From Octopus sinensis (taxonomy: Eukaryota), in NCBI RefSeq assembly GCF_006345805.1, contig NC_043011.1, positions 36,778,464 to 36,842,463 on the forward strand: a DNA stretch of 64,000 nt, written 5' to 3'. A model generated the notes under the pieces. It was not told the DNA's origin and ran no database searches. It saw only the letters and a list, made by a program, of their open reading frames with translations. The position numbers and the translations under genes were made by a program. Positions 1-12,863 of the stretch are shown here, piece after piece (the first letter of the stretch is position 1; each line of letters starts with the position of its first letter).

Positions 1-176
1 TGCACTGTCTTCTGCCCCTATCAAATGGGAGGGCCACCGACAAAATTGACCATTCCAGCCTATAGCTTAAGTTCGCATCCTCGTTTACTGCTGTGATTTT
101 TGCTACTAAGGTATCGGTTAAACTTTTGATTAATCTACTACAAGATTATTCATCTTTCTATTTCACATATTATATA

Positions 177-218
<42 letters not shown>

Positions 219-223
<5 letters not shown>

Positions 224-379
224 TCTCCTTTCAGATTCCGTCTATCGAATCCGCTCACAAGGCTTGGGTCGGCCCGAGGCTATAGTAGAAGACACTTACC
301 CAAGGTGCCAGGTAGTGGGACTGAACCCGGAACCATATGGTTGGTAAACAAGCTTCTTACCACACAGACACTCCTATGC
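219..379 (-). mobile_element. tRNA-headed SINE, family A, 5' half
   Basis: Reverse complement of the head and core seen at 34197-34345 and 22748-22870 (gtgtggtaag..ggttcagtcccact..caccttgggcaagtgtcttctactatagcctcgggccgacc). Confidence 0.85.
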
Positions 380-705
380 GTATATATGTATGTTTGTGAG
401 AATAATTTTCCTCGAAGAAATTTCCGTGAAGTGAAATATCTGATTAAATACTTTACGTCTTTATTTCTTGCCTACACAAGATTAATTCCTTTTGCAAATT
501 CAAATGGAATTTGCCTATGAAATACATACAAAAGAAAAAATACAGAAAGAAAATACTTGCCTAAAGAATTCGTAGACGTTAAAAAATGACCATAAACTGA
601 AAAGGAAGAAAAAATAATAGTCAAAAATGCATGGAATATAAAAATCAGAAACAATTACTACAGTAAACTTTTATCATATCCTAATTCATGCAAGAACTTG
701 CAAGA

Positions 706-770
706 TTTCTTCTTCTTCTTCTTCTTCTTCTTCTTCTTCTTCTTCTTCTTCATCTTCTTCTTCCTCTTCT

Positions 771-829
<59 letters not shown>

Positions 830-1024
830 TTATTATTATTATTTTTCTTCTTTTTTTTCTTCTTCTTCTCTTCTTCTTCTTCTTATTATATTATTATATT
901 ATTATTATTATTATATTATTAATTATTATTATTATTATTATTATCATTATTATTATCATTATTATTATTATATTATTATTATTAATATTATTATTATTAT
1001 TATCATTATTACATATTATTATTA

Positions 1025-1063
<39 letters not shown>

Positions 1064-1212
1064 CATCAGATCATCATCATTATTATTATTATGATTATTA
1101 TTATTATTATTATTAGTAATTTATTATTAGTATTATCATTATTATATTAGATTATTATTAATATTATTTTATTATTAATTATTATTATTATATTATTAAT
1201 TATTATTATTAT
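706..1212. repeat. Compound (CTT)n-(ATT)n microsatellite
   Basis: Direct reading; accounts for the poly-L/poly-F/poly-I ORFs at 688-1116. Confidence 0.97.
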
Positions 1213-1561
1213 TTGTTTGAGTTGAGCAAAAATGCAGAGAAACATAAAGATAAAAAGAATGAATATGTGAAATTAAGTTTCTGTGTAAAAAGCATCGCAA
1301 ATGTTGGGTGAAGTGGGAGAAAAATCAGATAAAAGAAATAGAGATGAATTGATGAAAATGTGCTGTAAGAGAATATTTCGTTGGTGTTGGTTATCTAGGG
1401 GGTGATATTTACAATACTTCTTATTATATAAAGGAAAGAGATAATGAAAGGTAAACAAATAGGGTGTACATTCATACACACATATATATATATATATGCA
1501 TATATATATATATATCACATACACATATATCTATATGCATATATATATATGTATCGATACA

Positions 1562-2449
1562 ATAAGAATATTCTCACGGCCTAGAATAAGGGAAGTTATT
1601 TGGTTCGCTCCCCCTTTCTCCCTTAGAGTAAGGAATTTACCAAAAATATTTTTTAAGATTCTGAAGGAGAACTTCCCAAAGGACCACAGATATTATAGCA
1701 TCTGCAATAAGTCGACAATAAAATTCTCCTATTCTGTAATGCCTAACTTTGCTTCCATCATTGCTTCAATCAATAGAAGCAAGCTTACTAGGTGGAACGA
1801 CAGAAAAAGTTCCTTTGAGGATGACCAAGGACATGTGGTTGATAATACTGTAAGGTGAGTACCAAAGTCCTTTACCGGACTCATCGAACCCATGTAATAA
1901 GGGTAGTTTAGAGGGAATGAATGAGCGAAACCCGTCTGGAACTGGAGATAAATAGGTAAAGATAATAATAGGAACAAAATTAGGAAAGGCCCCGAAAAGA
2001 CATGTAACTGTAGGAAACCCAAATTATGTCCTTTGGATGGTTCATGTCTGGTTACCAACGTAATATATAAATGTGTAGTTAGGGATGTAGATAATCTAAA
2101 CAAATTTTATATAGGTAGTACGATGGATTTTAAGGCGCGATATAGGTCACACATGAGCTCTTTTACTAACGAAAAATACTTTAACTCAACTACACTTGCA
2201 TCGCATATACACAACCTGAGAAAGAACAATAAGAATTATTTCCTAGAATGGTCCATCATTTCTAAAATCCCAAACTTTAAGAGAAATATCAGCAAGTGTA
2301 GGCTATGCATAAGGGAATCACTTACCATCCTTAGGTGTTATGGACCGCACATTCTGAATAAATTTACGGACGTGATCCACTTTTGCGTACATAAATTTTC
2401 TTCTACATTCCTGAAAATCTACAGGAATAAAATAAATTGTAGTAAGTAA
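1562..2449 (+). pseudogene. Penelope-like retroelement (Naiad-type) ORF 3' part: RT C-terminal extension plus GIY-YIG endonuclease; 5'-truncated and frameshifted
   Basis: RPRIREVIWFAPPFS..FPKDHRYYSICNKSTIKFSYSVMPN (1496-1858 ORF) and KTCNCRKPKLCPLDGSCL..VIY..FYIGST..FKARYRSH..CRLC..LNK..CVH (frame open 1952-2449). Both are in the same frame, separated by stops at 1856, 1895 and 1949, and an alternative open frame at 1854-1952 suggests two compensating indels. The copy begins right after a (TA)n tract. Confidence 0.9.
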
Positions 2450-2867
2450 TGGATTTACGAAAAGATAAGTTGTAAAAAAATTAAAATAACTAGCTTAGAT
2501 ATTGCAGGATTGAACCTCGAAGGCTCAATTAATTTAATTTAATTTTAACCCATTAATTCAGTTTAATTTAGTTAAGTAACCCATTCTTTTTGAGTATATA
2601 GAAAGTAAATAAATTGAAAAATAAAAGTATTTAAGTTTTGCAGGATTTGAAACCACGGAGACTCTTTTTAAGTCAATTTGGTTCAATTTTAATTAATTGG
2701 AATTAATTTGATTTGAATTTTTTTTTTTTTTGTACCGCTTCCTCTACTGCTTTAAAAGTAAAAGAAAAAAATTCTTCACTGCTTTGTCTTTTGGGCTATC
2801 AGTGCATGAATACCAAGTGGGAAAGCAACAACACCGTACGGGCCTGGTGCGTGATGGCTATCTTTGC

Positions 2868-2966
2868 GTTTATATATATTTTTTCCCCTGACGAAGGAGG
2901 TTATCTGAATGCAACCTAGTGCTTTAAACATAATACACCCCTGAAATGGCCATAGGATAAGTAAAC
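2868..2966 (+). ncRNA. Type I hammerhead ribozyme motif in the PLE terminal region
   Basis: CTGACGA at 2888-2894; stem II aggaggttat/atacacccct; GAAA at 2943-2946; palindromic stem III ATGGCCAT; AUA cleavage triplet ending 2954; partial stem I (cc/gg plus gttta/taaac). Confidence 0.7.
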
Positions 2967-3543
2967 ATTTCCTTCTTATATATAAGGCTTATTTTACCTG
3001 ATTAGGATTTCTAAACGATGAACATTATTTTACTTTATTTACACGATATATATATATATATATTATAGTTTTTTATATGCTCCTATATGTATATATATTT
3101 ATATATGTTTTATATATATTTATATATTTTATATGCCTATATTTTTATATACCTATATATTTTTATATATTACTTATATTATTTTACTTTCTACGTCTTT
3201 TATAAATGTATTCTCTTTGAATCGCTAAAATATTAATTCTAAATTTTTAATGATAAGAATTTTTATCGCACCATACCATATATTATTATTATTATTACGT
3301 GCTGTACATATGAATTTTGTTCCATCTTGCGGGTTATATGTTTATTCTATAACTAAATGTTCGAATTATGAAATGACATGCGGTTGACTTTGTATTTGCT
3401 TATTCAATGACTTTAGTTTGATATATATATATGTATATATATATATTTAAATGTTTATATGTCTGTCTATCTATCTATCTGTCTGTTTGTCTTTCTAACT
3501 AGCTAGCTACCTAGCTACCTAGCCCTCTTTTCCTATATACACA

Positions 3544-3592
<49 letters not shown>

Positions 3593-3941
3593 TTATATAT
3601 TTATAATATATATATATATATAGATTATATATATTATATATTTTTATATATTTATATATATATTATATATATATTATATATTTATATATTTTATATATAT
3701 TATATATATATATATATTTAATATTTATATATATATATATATATATATATGGATATCATATATATTTTATATACATATATATACATTTATATTTATATAT
3801 ATATAAATTAGAAAAGCATCTTTTATCAATTCAAAAGAAAAAATTAACTTACACCATCTAGAAAATTACATATAATAGAAATATTAAATATAAGATAAAA
3901 AAATATACCGATGATTAAGTCATGTGCAAATTAATCAATAA

Positions 3942-4022
3942 AACGTATATATTTCGTAGAATAACGTATATATATAGTAGTAATAAAATCACTTCAATAT
4001 AAATATAGCCACTCATCAGGTT
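3942..4022 (-). ncRNA. Degenerate type I hammerhead motif, inverted relative to the one at 2.9 kb
   Basis: The minus strand reads aac-CTGATGA-gtgg...ctac-GAAA-tatata-c-gtt: 4-bp stem II, palindromic stem III and 3-bp stem I. The U16.1 position appears deleted. Confidence 0.5.
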
Positions 4023-5039
4023 AAAAATAACTACAATAATAAATAAATTAATTAATAAATATACGTAAATAATCTTTTAAAATATAAATATATTCTGTAA
4101 TATATATATATATAAGATATAAAATATACATTAAGTGAAAGCTAAATACAACACTTTAAACTATATACATTAAATCAAATTATTAATTAATACATTTATT
4201 TAATAAACATCCAAATACAGTCTAATATCCATTAAGAGATTAATAATAAAATCCTTAAAAGTAATTAATATACACAATGATAGTACAAACCATAAATACT
4301 GGAATCAAAACTAAGAAATGATTCAAATGTAGACACACCCATTATATAAACTAACTATTTAATTAATATATATGTAGTATCTATAGATTTAATATATCAC
4401 TCAATAATATAGTTGACCAAAATATCAATTAAAATAATAACTAATTTACTTAAATGAACTATTATTTGATAAATATACTACCTAATTATTGTCTAACAAA
4501 ATTAATTCACAAATTAAATTATATGTAATACGTTAAATCCCTTTGTAAAAATAGTAATAAATCATTCTAATATTAATAACTATCATAACTTATAACTATC
4601 AATATATATATAAATGATAATATTTCAACAACAATAATAATAGCAATAATAATCAAAGCCAATATAATTCAAAAGACAAATAATATTTATAAGCAAAAAC
4701 CGTTACTTAGCTTGTCGATGAAAATAATATAACTGAATGTTAAGCGTAAAAAATATATAGGTCTTAGTGTTTATAAAAATTAAACGCGTGAAGTCTTAGA
4801 GTAAACAAATAGAATAAATTATCAATGAAAATGGCGAAAACTATTTACTAATGAAAGGTACGAAAAACATCTAAGCCCCATAAATTAAAGAAAGGTACGA
4901 AAAATATTAGAACAAATGAACAATACACTATGAAGACCTTCAACTACAACCGACAGTCCACTACAAATCCAATCAATAACAATATTAATAACAACAATCA
5001 AACTCAATATAATACATATATATATATATATATATATAT

Positions 5040-5153
5040 AGATAGATAGATAGATAGATAGATAGACAAAGCGATAGATAGATAGATAGATAGAAATAGA
5101 TAGATATATAGATAGAGATATATAGATAGATAGATATATAGACAAATAGATAT

Positions 5154-5225
<72 letters not shown>

Positions 5226-5413
5226 GCAGAGAGATGGATATATTTCTTAATTGGCCACGCAGGGCTGAACACAGAAGGGACAAAATACGAAGTAGGGCTT
5301 TTCTTTTGGGGAAGAAGAAGAAAAAAAAGGGCGAATTCCGATCAAAAGGGATCGTGAAAAAAAGTGGGGTCGATCAATAGGGATCGTGTATCACAGAAAT
5401 GTAATGTAAAAAG

Positions 5414-5459
<46 letters not shown>

Positions 5460-5473
5460 CAAATAGATAGAAT

Positions 5474-5553
<80 letters not shown>

Positions 5554-5566
5554 GATAGATAGATAG
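5040..5566. repeat. (GATA)n microsatellite interrupted by a ~180 bp insert
   Basis: GATA arrays at 5040-5225 and 5413-5566; source of the LSIY-repeat ORFs. Confidence 0.95.
5232..5412 (-). mobile_element. Retroposon 3' end embedded in (TATC)n, sharing its tail with long-tail SINE B
   Basis: Minus-strand tttgtcccttctgtgttcagccctgcgtggccaattaagaaata (5241-5284) resembles the SINE tail at 28358-28403 (tttgtcccctctatgtttagccccttgtgggtaataaagaaata). Confidence 0.6.
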
Positions 5567-5606
5567 AGCGTATGACGCAAGGAAACTTATAATTGGATGA
5601 GAGACA

Positions 5607-5650
<44 letters not shown>

Positions 5651-6071
5651 AGAGAAAGAAATAGTAAGATTTGAGACATTCAATGCAATGCAGGCAAGAG
5701 TTTTACAGACTTATGAAACAATAAACTATTAAAAGCTGAAAGATTTTGTCTGGAAAATGAAAATGAATAAATAAATAAATGACATGTTCGGATTTCAGAG
5801 ATTTAGTATTCGGTAGATAAATCTTTCTTGAGTTCAAACATTTTACCATTTTTAACTTTCCAGTAATAGTCTCATTCATAATAGAAACAGTTGCTTATTT
5901 GTCTTGTGGTGATAATATATACCCCAGAACCATACGCAAACACTTATGAACACACACTCAAACCACACACACACACAAGCAAACGCTCACGCACACACAT
6001 ACATACACATGCGCACACATAGATTTATAATCTCATGCGGATACATACACATGTCCTCCTAGAGATGACTT

Positions 6072-6104
6072 CTGCTGCTGCTGCTACTACTACAACTACT
6101 ACTG

Positions 6105-6163
<59 letters not shown>
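6072..6163. repeat. (CTG)n-(CTA)n microsatellite
   Basis: Direct reading. Confidence 0.95.
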
Positions 6164-6164
<1 letters not shown>

Positions 6165-6419
6165 GGCGGTTTCTTATTCCTTTATATTTGTGTATTAAAA
6201 GACAAAACAAAACAAATTAATCGGACGACATTGATTTGCAAGCCGATGTGGTCTGAGATATAGTCTTTTTCGGTCTTAAATATTGAATAAATCATTAATC
6301 CGGTTTAAAGCTTTTTGTTGATGCATTTTAAATCACACTGTTTGTGTTGCACCAAAGTGTTTTTATCTGGAGAGTCCAAATGTCCGTATATGCTGTATTA
6401 TTCTTTTCTTTTCTACAAT

Positions 6420-6752
6420 AGGCACAAGGCCCATACGTTTTGGGGAGGTGGCAACTCGATTCGATTGATCGCAGTACGTAACTGGTACTTAATTTATCGA
6501 CCCCAAAAGGATGAAAGTCAAAGTCGACCTCGGCGGAATTTAAACTCAGAACCTATTTCTTTACTACCCACAAGGGGCTAACACAGAGGGACAAACAAGG
6601 AAAGACAAACAAATTAAGTCAATTACATCGACCCCAGTGCGTAACTGGTACTTAATTTATCGATCCCGAAAGGATGAAAGGCAAAGTCGACCTCGGCGGA
6701 ATTTGATCTCAGAACGTAACGGCAGATGAAATACCGCTAAGCATTTCGCGTA
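6420..6752 (-). mobile_element. Two nested SINE B copies: long-tail copy 6551-6752 abutting a short-tail copy 6420-6550
   Basis: Core gtcgacctcggcggaattt..ctcagaac occurs twice. On the minus strand the core reads gtcgactttgcctttcatcctttcggggtcgataaattaagtaccag, resembling the Meta-domain core of MetaSINE/Sauria-type SINEs. Confidence 0.85.
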
Positions 6753-7393
6753 ACATAAGAAAAATAAAAATTAAAACACTTACCCTAGCAGGACCGAACC
6801 CACAATGCTGCAAAGCAAGCTTCTTAACCACATAGCCAACAGTACCACGTTGATTAAATTAGGATTATATCAAGGAAATAAGTGGCCGTGTCATACTCCG
6901 TAGTCTTTGCTATAAACACCGACACAAAAAAAATTCTGAATGTCAGACAAACTGCATTTGAGATCTTAAAGTCCAGCCTTGTCATCCGTCAGTATTCCAC
7001 TAATTCAGCTTGTAACCTAAGTTACACATGTTGACGAAATGCCCAAACACCTACACACTCCGATGCAAATAAATAAGATGTACTGACACACTGAAAGAAT
7101 AAACCTGTATCTCAGGCTCTACTTCTAATTGGACAGAACAGATTTGTTTTACACTCGCACTTATTTTGCTTGAAATGATCGTGGTAGACACACTTCTCTC
7201 TGGAGATTTAGTAGATGCGACTTTAAGACACCAGAAACGTAGATGGGAATCAGGCACGAAGAGCTTTTTAAACTTAGCAACTTTGGCAGCTTCTCTTGCT
7301 AAAATCCTTTCGTTCGTTCGCTCTGTTTTCGTTTTTCCTTTCTTTTGTCTTCGTTAATTCGTTCATTCCCTTTTTTAATTAATTAAACTTTGA

Positions 7394-7436
<43 letters not shown>

Positions 7437-7733
7437 CACAAACTCACACACACACAAACACATACACGTACACCTATATATTATCTTTAGTTGTTGCCTA
7501 GCTCGCCTAGATTTAATTAAATACCTCCAGTATGCAATGTCTGATGCATGGATAAGTTTAGAAGAACATAAGAATTCTGAAGAATTTATCTTTGTATCGC
7601 ATATCTTACAGCAATATTTTAGTATCTGGTTTGTTGCCTTAGTTTGAAAACGTGTGTCTGCGAAACAAGGAGACGTGCAGAAGGTGGAATGGAGAAGACT
7701 AAACACATAAAAGTGAAATAATTAAAATAATAC

Positions 7734-7780
<47 letters not shown>

Positions 7781-8319
7781 GTAATAATAATAATAAATAA
7801 TTGTGTATATGCAAACAAACGAATAAAGAAAACTTGATTCTGTTCAGCCTGGAGATGTGTACAGATGAATGGATGATAGTTAACAAAAATTCTATCATGT
7901 AGGAAGTGTTGGTTTATTTTGTGTTATTGAAAATGTGTATGTATGTATAATCTGTATTTGATCTCTATAAACTATATATGTATGTAGCAATGTTTGTAAG
8001 AGTGGCTGCATATGATATAAGTACGTGTGGTTGTATGTGCTTGTGAGAATGATTGTTTACGAGTGTGTGCGTTTGTGTGTGTTTGTGTGTAGTTGTGTGT
8101 GTGTGTGTTTAAGAAAGGATGTATGTACGTCAGTTTTTCGTTGATATTTAAGTTCTGCGCACGGTTCAAACCGGTCACTATCAAACTGTCAAAATTATTT
8201 TAAGCTAAGAAAGTGACATTGTGAGGCTGGTGATTTTGTACATAAGTTAGCGTGTGGGTATATGCATGGATTGTGAAGGCGTACACGATGACTATCCAAG
8301 AATATATATGTATTATATG

Positions 8320-8655
8320 TACGAGGGGAAGTCAAAACTTATCCGCATTTTCTCCATAACATATTTTTGTTATTGTCACACTGCCTTCTGCGCATTCGTG
8401 CTTGTAGTTGGTACTTTTGTGTTCACATGATCGAGGTTTGAGTCTGATCACGTTATTTTTCTTTTTGGTTTTGCAGTGTAAGCATGGCTGCTCCACTCGC
8501 CATGTGCACCAAAGAAGAACAAAGATCAGTCAGTTGATTTCTCTGGTCGAAAGGTGTGTCACGTACTAAAATTCATCGGAGCATTTTAGCACAACACGGG
8601 GACAGTGCACTACCTCGTAGAAGCATGCATGAGGGGATCGAGAAGTTTTGTAAAA
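8320..8655 (+). mobile_element. mariner transposon left end with transposase N-terminus (pseudogene)
   Basis: TA-CGAGGGG terminus at 8320; ATG 8484 MAAPLAMCTKEEQRSVS*FLWSKGVSRTKIHRSILAQHGDSALPRRSMHEGIEKF, a typical mariner first HTH. Confidence 0.8.
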
Positions 8656-8754
8656 GTGTATATATCACTACTCTTTATATGTATATTGCATATACTTAGT
8701 GCAAATATTATCTCTGACCAAAAAACACAGGTGAATAATAATACATTGTACTGG

Positions 8755-9183
8755 AGGCACAAGGCCTGAAACTTGGGGAGAGTGGGATAGCCAATTACAT
8801 CCACCCTAGTACGCAACTGGTACTTAATTTATCAATCCCGAAATGATGAAAAGCAAAGTTGACTTCAGCGGAATTTGAACTCAGAGCGTAGCGACAGACG
8901 TTATACCGCTAAGAATTTCGGTCGGTGTGCTAACTATTCAGCCAGCTCACCGCCTTAATAATAATAATCCTCTCTATTATAGGCACTTGGCCTGAAATTT
9001 TGGGGAGAGTGGGGTAATCGATGACATCAACACTAGTACGCAACTGGTACTTAATTTATCAACCCTGAAAGGATGAAAGGTAAAGTCGACCTCGGCGGAA
9101 TTTGAACTCAGAACGCAGCGACAGACGAAATACAGCTAAGCATTTCGCCCGGCATGCTAACGATTCTGCCACCTTGCCACCTT
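8755..9183 (-). mobile_element. Head-to-tail pair of short-tail SINE B copies
   Basis: Two ~200 bp copies; an 18-bp direct repeat cacaggtgaataataata flanks the pair (8726-8743 and 9187-9204). Confidence 0.9.
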
Positions 9184-9591
9184 AGTCACAGGTGAATAAT
9201 AATATTATCGCTAAACAACTGTTCTTGTCGGGAGGGTGTCAGTTTGCTTTAATTTTTCTTAGAAATTCTAGCATTAACAGGTTTTCATGCAAATCTGGTA
9301 CAGTATAGACCAGTGTGTATTATTATATATTCATATAATAATCGATACAAATGAGAATATATAATCCATAACGAAAAGCTGTAACTTATGAATTTAATCA
9401 ATATAATTATTCCCTCTTTTCATGTAGATGATGTACCTACATCCATTGGGCAGCAGATTGCTACTATAGTACATGGGTTTAGTTCCGTATCCCATAGAAC
9501 AACTTCAGGTTAGCTGTGTTATTGGAATATTTTCACCCGAATCTTATATTTTTTATGATGTGGATATACTCGGATATCTATCCGTCACGTA

Positions 9592-9759
9592 CGCTGGTAG
9601 GGACATGTTCTGCATCTCCCGCTTGATCTTCCTACCAGGGTTTTATTCCCTTTCGGCGCAGCAGCTGCGAGTTGGAAGATACCTCGTCGCAAGCCCCACA
9701 TCAGATGGTTGGACGTGATTAAGGAAAATCTTAGAGACAGCCACTTACTTCATAAGTAG
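9592..9759 (+). pseudogene. RTE-clade LINE ORF C-terminal remnant
   Basis: RW*GHVLHLPLDLPTRVLF..SWKIPRRKPHIRWLDVIKENLRD matches the RTE C-terminal pattern RWxGHV..GRPxxRWxDxIKxDL. Confidence 0.75.
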
Positions 9760-9962
9760 TTACACTCAAATTTTTTTCTCCATACAACTTAATAACAATC
9801 ACTATTTATATCCAACACAAACAAGAATCATCCACACTATTCAAAATATAGAATTACTTATATATAGATAATTGCAGGATACGTCTTTATATATAAATAC
9901 CAAAACAATAGCTCAGCAGTTCGATATGCAGAAACGATAAATAAGCAGCAGATTGAAATAAT

Positions 9963-10995
9963 TGTCCACTTCTTATTATTTTCTTTATCAATGACATTGC
10001 AGATTCCATTGAACATAGCACCATAACAATATTTGCAGATGACTCTAAGCTCCAGAATGAAGGAGCATACGATCGAACGATGCTTCAATCGGACCTATGC
10101 GCAGTAACCCAGTGAGCACAAAATAACAATACGCAATTGAACGAAGAACAATTTGAGCTCATCCACTTTGGAAGAGGCGGCACACTCAAACAACCATATA
10201 CATTACCGTCGGGAGACCTACTTGAACCGTCAGAGAATATCAGAAACTTAGGTGTAACTGTCGACAACAACCTTAACTAGAGTGTGCACATCAACAAAAA
10301 AAGTCGAAGTTGCCCGCAGAATGTGCTCATGGATCCTCAGAACTTTCCAATCTAGAGATCATGAAACCAATCATCCTTCTCTTCCCCACATTCACTAGAC
10401 CCCCATCTCGAATACTACTACCCATTGTGGTCCCCCTACAAAAAACAAAACATAATGAGAATCGAAGCGCCACAACGATCAATCACAAGAAGAAAACAAT
10501 AAATGGCATGATGAGACTTGATTATTGGGCCTGACTTAAACAGATGAAACTAATCTCTGCAACGTCATCGTGGCCGCTAAATTATTTGCACCGTGTGGAA
10601 AATATTCCCCCAATATTATCCAAATGATATTGGCATTATGTTTACAATTCAGCCAAGACTAGGCCCCCGTGCAATGCGTCCCCTACAAAGGTCGAGATCA
10701 CATCACATAAGAACGTTGTGACAGAATTTCTCCACTGCAAATGGTCCTGCATTTTTCAATGTTATCCTTAAAGAAATTAAAGTAGAAAAAGATCCCACAT
10801 ATTTCAAACGGTACCTGGACAAATTCCTCCAGGAAATACCGGATAAACCACCTACACCTGGATACGTCTCAACCAACAAAACTCTCTGCTCGAGTCGTCC
10901 ATGGAGTCCCGCAATAATTAACTAAAAGACTCTTCCAGGTGGTGCTATTGAGTTAGTCACGGCCTGGGCCAACAATTGCCGAAACCAATGTAAGT
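9963..10995 (+). mobile_element. CR1-group LINE, 5'-truncated RT and 3' end (pseudogene)
   Basis: PLLIIFFINDIADS..TIFADDSKL (FADD at 10032-10043), NIRNLGVTVDNNL, RPHLEY..PLWSPY, DKFLQEIPDKPPTPGY; multiple frameshifts; 3' terminus ggtggtgc..gaaacca at 10938-10987. Confidence 0.9.
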
Positions 10996-11577
10996 TATCT
11001 AAGTAATGTGATTGACTAAAATCACTTAAAGAAAGTGATCAGCTATTTAATCACTGAATGCAGTGAAAGAATAAAATGATATTAGTCTAATTTTATTCGG
11101 CATCCAGTGTACAAAATGGACAAATTAAATACAGGTTGTTATTCACTTGACTCACAAAACAAGTAGAAATAACTACCATGTTCCATTTGTAGTTACAGCC
11201 TCATTTATTTTCTCACAAATCTTAATTGTAATCAGTACTTAAACTGAACACAAACTAGCACCTAATCTAAATGATAATACTAATGTTTACATCGACCATT
11301 TCTCGGCGGTGTGATTAATAAAATGTTAATTATTTTAAGGGCAATCAGTGTGTATAACAAAATCTACGAGAAATCTAATTCAGTTACTCTAATTCAGTTA
11401 CCCTGTGAAAATATTAGTTATTAATTAAAACATGTATTTGTTATTAAGTAATAATGTTTAATGATTAATATATATATATATATGTGTGTGTGTGTATATA
11501 TATATATATTTGTGTATGTGTATTTATATATATACATATATATGTATATATATACGTACATATATATATGTATATTA

Positions 11578-11610
<33 letters not shown>

Positions 11611-11682
11611 GTAGATGTATACATATGCCTGCTTATCTAACTATATGTCTGCACATTTGTACATTCATACATGAAGACAAAC

Positions 11683-11718
<36 letters not shown>

Positions 11719-12764
11719 AAATATACGCATATACTCACCAATATAGCACACATATATATCTACACATTCATAAACACACGCACACACATAACACTCACTA
11801 TAGGCTGTGTGACTATGTGACTTCTGTGAGTGCGTATTGAGCACTTTAGTGATTTAATAGAACATCAAGGAAGAGAAAATTGCATCTAACCACGTTTACG
11901 ACAGCATATTCATACACACAGAAACAGATGGGCACGCATACAATGTACAAACACATATGCTGATGTACTTAGGCATACACATACAGACATAACCACACGT
12001 GGAGACGTATACGCATATCTATAAATATATAAACTAGATCTAAGTTCTATAATCAATGGAGCTGCATCTCATACATTTTTGTGTACTTTATCTTTGAAAA
12101 ATTAATGAAGGCTAAACAAAAATCAAAGTAAAATTTTTTTAACAACAAAGCGAAGTAAATAAGCCATTGCAAGTATTTTGGTTAGGAAGCAATTTTTGTT
12201 GAATATATAAACACACATATAAATTTTAATTTCTTCCATAGAGTGGTGATTGGGTTGACGTTGGCCTTTTACTTGTTTGAGAACAAAGTGTGGTAAATAA
12301 AGCATCGCATGTATCGTGTTTGAGGACCAACCGTTGTTGTATATAAACACATTTTAATTTGCATCATAGGCCGGTGCTTGAGCGATGTGCGCTTTTTTAG
12401 CTGTTCGAGAACAAAGTGTAATAAATGAGCCGTTGTATGTAGCATGATGCAGTGTTAGTTTATTGTATTCGTTTATTCTTTTATATTTTTATTCCTTGAC
12501 TTGTTCACACAGCCGTTGGGTTCTAGTCAATTATATCCACTGAAATAAATCCCCCCATACACACATACACTCAAACACACGCACACACAAACATAAATAT
12601 ATAAACATACATGCATATGTATATACGTATATGCATAAATATATATAAATACTCATATATATATATATAAGTTTAACTATATATATGATTATATGTATGA
12701 ATTTCTCACTCTCTCACTCTGTATATATATACAAACATGTACACACACACAAACACACACACAC

Positions 12765-12863
<99 letters not shown>

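Noticed and set aside
1856-1858. In-frame TGA in the Naiad-type ORF as possible selenocysteine (some Naiads encode selenoproteins)
   Set aside because: It is followed in frame by TAA at 1895 and further stops, lies in the variable linker, and the conserved Cys positions are ordinary TGT/TGC codons; frameshift decay explains it better.
3780-5000. Possible mitochondrial insertion (NUMT) because of strand skew
   Set aside because: The frames I translated contain many TAA/TAG stops and no recognisable mitochondrial protein or rRNA motif.
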